A stretch of DNA of 64,000 nt from Sphaerodactylus townsendi (taxonomy: Eukaryota), in assembly GCF_021028975.2 (NCBI RefSeq), contig NC_059426.1, forward strand, positions 72,416,001-72,480,000, in the 5' to 3' direction. Made by a program: the position numbers and the translations under genes. The notes under the pieces were generated by a model, which worked only from the letters and a program-made list of their open reading frames with translations, was not told the DNA's origin and did no database searches. The stretch's first letter is position 1, and the number at the start of each line of letters is the position of its first letter. Positions 63,901-64,000 of the stretch are shown one piece after another.

Positions 63901-64000
63901 TTATGCTGCCTGGGTTTGTAAGGCTTTGATATGGCAACTCTATTGATTAAACAAGTAGATTAGTTTGCTGTGCCATAGCAGGTGAACCAGCCAGTAGATT

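Noticed and set aside
61000-64000. Start of TMEM132A, expected next from mammalian synteny; small hairpin at 62123-62158
   Set aside because: No recognisable TMEM132 exon or CpG island in the window; the hairpin has no supporting context.

Overview
Vertebrate genomic DNA, almost certainly a squamate reptile (gecko-like repeat content). Four intron-containing genes can be built exon by exon with GT-AG junctions: a BAAT/ACNAT-like acyl-CoA:amino acid N-acyltransferase (+, 1182-9520, 420 aa); ZP1 (+, 21779-37094, 12 exons, 1233 aa) with a 55-unit Pro/Gln-rich 12-aa array and a C-terminal TM helix; PRPF19 (-, 41715-52610, 16 exons, 504 aa); and TMEM109 (+, 55308-58832), whose last exon has a premature stop and indels. 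PRPF19 and TMEM109 are head-to-head across a CpG-rich promoter. The most notable unannotated element is a decayed, anciently diverged tandem ZP1 paralogue (14267-16463) that keeps the ZP-N1 and trefoil exons but has only one P/Q unit. Repeats include hAT MITEs with 8-bp TSDs, Penelope-derived insertions with hammerhead-ribozyme cores, a Helitron-like element, a solo LTR, L2/CR1/RTE/L1 fragments and SINEs, plus two apparent templated-insertion repair scars. Repeat family names come from memory of consensus sequences, not from a search.
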